Origin: Anaeramoeba ignava BMAN
Lineage: Eukaryota > Protista > Anaeramoebae
Direction of reading: 5' to 3'
Assembly: GCA_028826165.1 (NCBI GenBank)
Contig: JAPDFW010000085.1
Coordinates: 278,679-342,678, forward strand
DNA: 64,000 nt
Below, in pieces: positions 62,031-64,000 of this stretch. Position 1 is the first letter of the stretch; every line of letters begins with the position of its first letter. Both the position numbers and the translations under genes were made by a program. Under the pieces are notes generated by a model. The model was not told the DNA's origin. It worked only from the letters and a program-made list of their open reading frames with translations, and did no database searches.

Positions 62031-62383
62031 TTTATTAAATTAAATTAAAATTAAAATTAAAATAAAAAATTAAGTAAAATTAAATTAAAATTAAAATTAA
62101 AAATTAAAATTAAAATTAAAATTAAAATTAAAAATTAAAATTAAAATTAAAATTTTAAAATTAAAATTAAAATTAAAAATCAAAATTAAATTTAAAAATT
62201 AAAATTAAAATAAAAATTAAAATTACATTTAAAATTTTAAAATTAAAATTAAAATTAAAATTAAAATTAAAATTAAAATCATTTTTTATTCTTTTAATTT
62301 GGATTTTATTGGAATAATATTTGGAAAATTTTCATTCATTCATTCCTTGATATAAATTCTCATAATTCATTTAATAAATTTAA

Positions 62384-63542
62384 TTAAAAAAAATTATTTT
62401 GTTTTCTTTTGTGAATTATTGTTGGTCCAAATTCATTATAATCTTGAGATGAAATACATAAATTTAAAAATCCAGGTCTTGATGCAAAAATAGCACCTCC
62501 AATCCAAACGGAATATTTTCTTTGAGGAGATGCAATAACATTAATTTTCTCTTCTTTTTCCATTAATTGATTCATTTCTTTTTCTAATCTTTCATTAAAT
62601 CCAGGAAACATTGAAGTTCCTCCTGTTAATACAATGTTTTCAATAACTTCTTTTCTCAATTCATTTTCAGTTTTCGTAATTGCATCGTAAGCAATTTTAT
62701 GAATTCCATCCTCTTCAATTCCAATCAAAGAAGGTTGGAATAAACATTCTGCTGATTGAAATCTTTCTTTTCCAATTTGGATAATTTGCCCATCAGGCAG
62801 TTCATAATCTTTCTGAATGATATTTTCATGTTTGTTCATCTCTTCTTCAAAATCCAAAGCAACATAACATATTTTTTCTTTCATATCTCTCACAATTTCT
62901 TTTTCCCCAAAAGTTGTGAAGGAATATCCTTCTCTCTGATTAACTAACTTGATTAAATATTCCGTAATTGATTTTCCTGCCAAATTGAGTTGAGTGAATG
63001 AATCATTCAAAATTTCGCCTTCAAAAATAGAAACACAATAACTCAAATCATGCCCAGATTGAATCATCAATCCAGTTCTCTTTCCTGATGAAATTAAAGA
63101 AAACAATTCTGATTTTTCTGAATAAAAAGCTGGAACTTCGAATATTTCAAACATGATTTCAGTGATTTTTCTTGATGCTTTTTGGATTCAAAAACTCGAA
63201 AACAAAAAAGGATGTTCTTAAGGGAGCAATTCGCAACTCATTATAAAGGTATGATGCCAAACTTTTTCCATATCATCCCAATTTATTATCATTCCTTTTC
63301 AATGGACATTTCAAATTCAAAATTCTCTCTTTGGAAGTGCTTCTTCTCCAATAAACATCTTTTTCCTCCCATTCCTCAGTCATGATTCCAATATATTTTT
63401 GTCTTCAACTATTGTTCTTAATATAACTCTTGGTGAATTCTCTCCTGCAAATCCTGCCTTAATCATATCGATCCAAAATCAAAAAATTGATTCAATTTCA
63501 TCTCTCAAAATCTTGAAAATTAATTTCTTGTTTTGAAATCAT
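62384..63542 (-). CDS. Divergent actin / actin-related protein (5' third frameshifted)
   Basis: DFGS.MIKAGFAGE.SPR, EIVRDMKEKICYVALDF, YELPDGQ.I.IG.ERF, NIVLTGGTSMFPG, RKYSVWIGG.I.AS. Confidence 0.85.
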
Positions 63543-63683
63543 TTCTTTTTATTATTAAAAATTTCTTTTTGCTTAATTAAAGAAGAAAAGAGAAAAATGA
63601 AAAAAAAAGCAAATTTCTGGTTTTAAAATTTTATTAAATTTATAACTCTAAAAACAAAAAGGGAGAAGAACATTTGTTAACTT

Positions 63684-64000
63684 TTAAGAAGATTCACCAT
63701 CAACAATCTTTTTGTATCTTTTGGAATTAACAAACAAAAAGAGGCAAAAGGAAGTTACTGTTACTATAAATATAAATGTAGTATTTGATTTTGGGAAATC
63801 AAAGTAAGGGAAAAACAGGGGAAACAATTCCAAATGCAGGCAACAGCACTGCCAAAACCCCAAACCAACCTGGGAATTGAGTTGGAAACAAAGTAATGAT
63901 TAATAAAATATCAAATGTAGATGGGATACATGCACGAGCAACCATTGTTTATTTATTACTGAAACTAAATTTGGAACACTTCTAAATCAAAGATGAAACA
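63684..64000 (-). other. Probable 3' end of a membrane transporter gene (MFS-like), frameshifted and truncated by the window edge
   Basis: Hydrophobic fragments including LFPTQF..G...G.GSAVA and GIVSP resemble MFS TM10-11. Stop at 63684. Confidence 0.35.

Overview
Extremely AT-rich, gene-dense eukaryotic nuclear DNA with canonical GT-AG introns, very short intergenic regions and the standard genetic code. The RCC1-BTB and BTB-TLDc expansions, (EN/QN)n tracts and TCATTTT initiator-like motif suggest a free-living metamonad such as Anaeramoeba; this is inference only. Both ends of the window carry tandem RCC1-propeller + BTB genes (2 copies left, 5 right). Between them lie CSN7, BTB-BACK-TLDc, a UBL-2TM protein, PRA1, a USP20/33-like DUB, RPN2, Rab14, dyskerin/Cbf5, VAMP7, PH-LRR, a CH-domain protein, SPRY-RING, three tandem 2-TM Cys-loop paralogues, a GT61 glycosyltransferase, F-box-TMEM185, VPS45 and U-box-UIM. 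A divergent actin follows the right array. The most notable signals are: (1) an intronless RING-kinase-degenerate PIMT fusion bracketed almost exactly ATG-to-stop by ~104-bp direct repeats of a promoter; (2) RCC1-BTB paralogues with hypervariable propeller loops, a constant BTB tail and mosaic copies, resembling a diversifying CUL3 receptor repertoire; (3) long introns and spacers filled with simple repeats whose periods are nearly always 6, 12 or 18 nt. Many single-base frameshifts, especially at 52.3-54.4 kb and beyond 61.6 kb, may be assembly errors. No rRNA, tRNA, CRISPR, transposase or intein was recognised.
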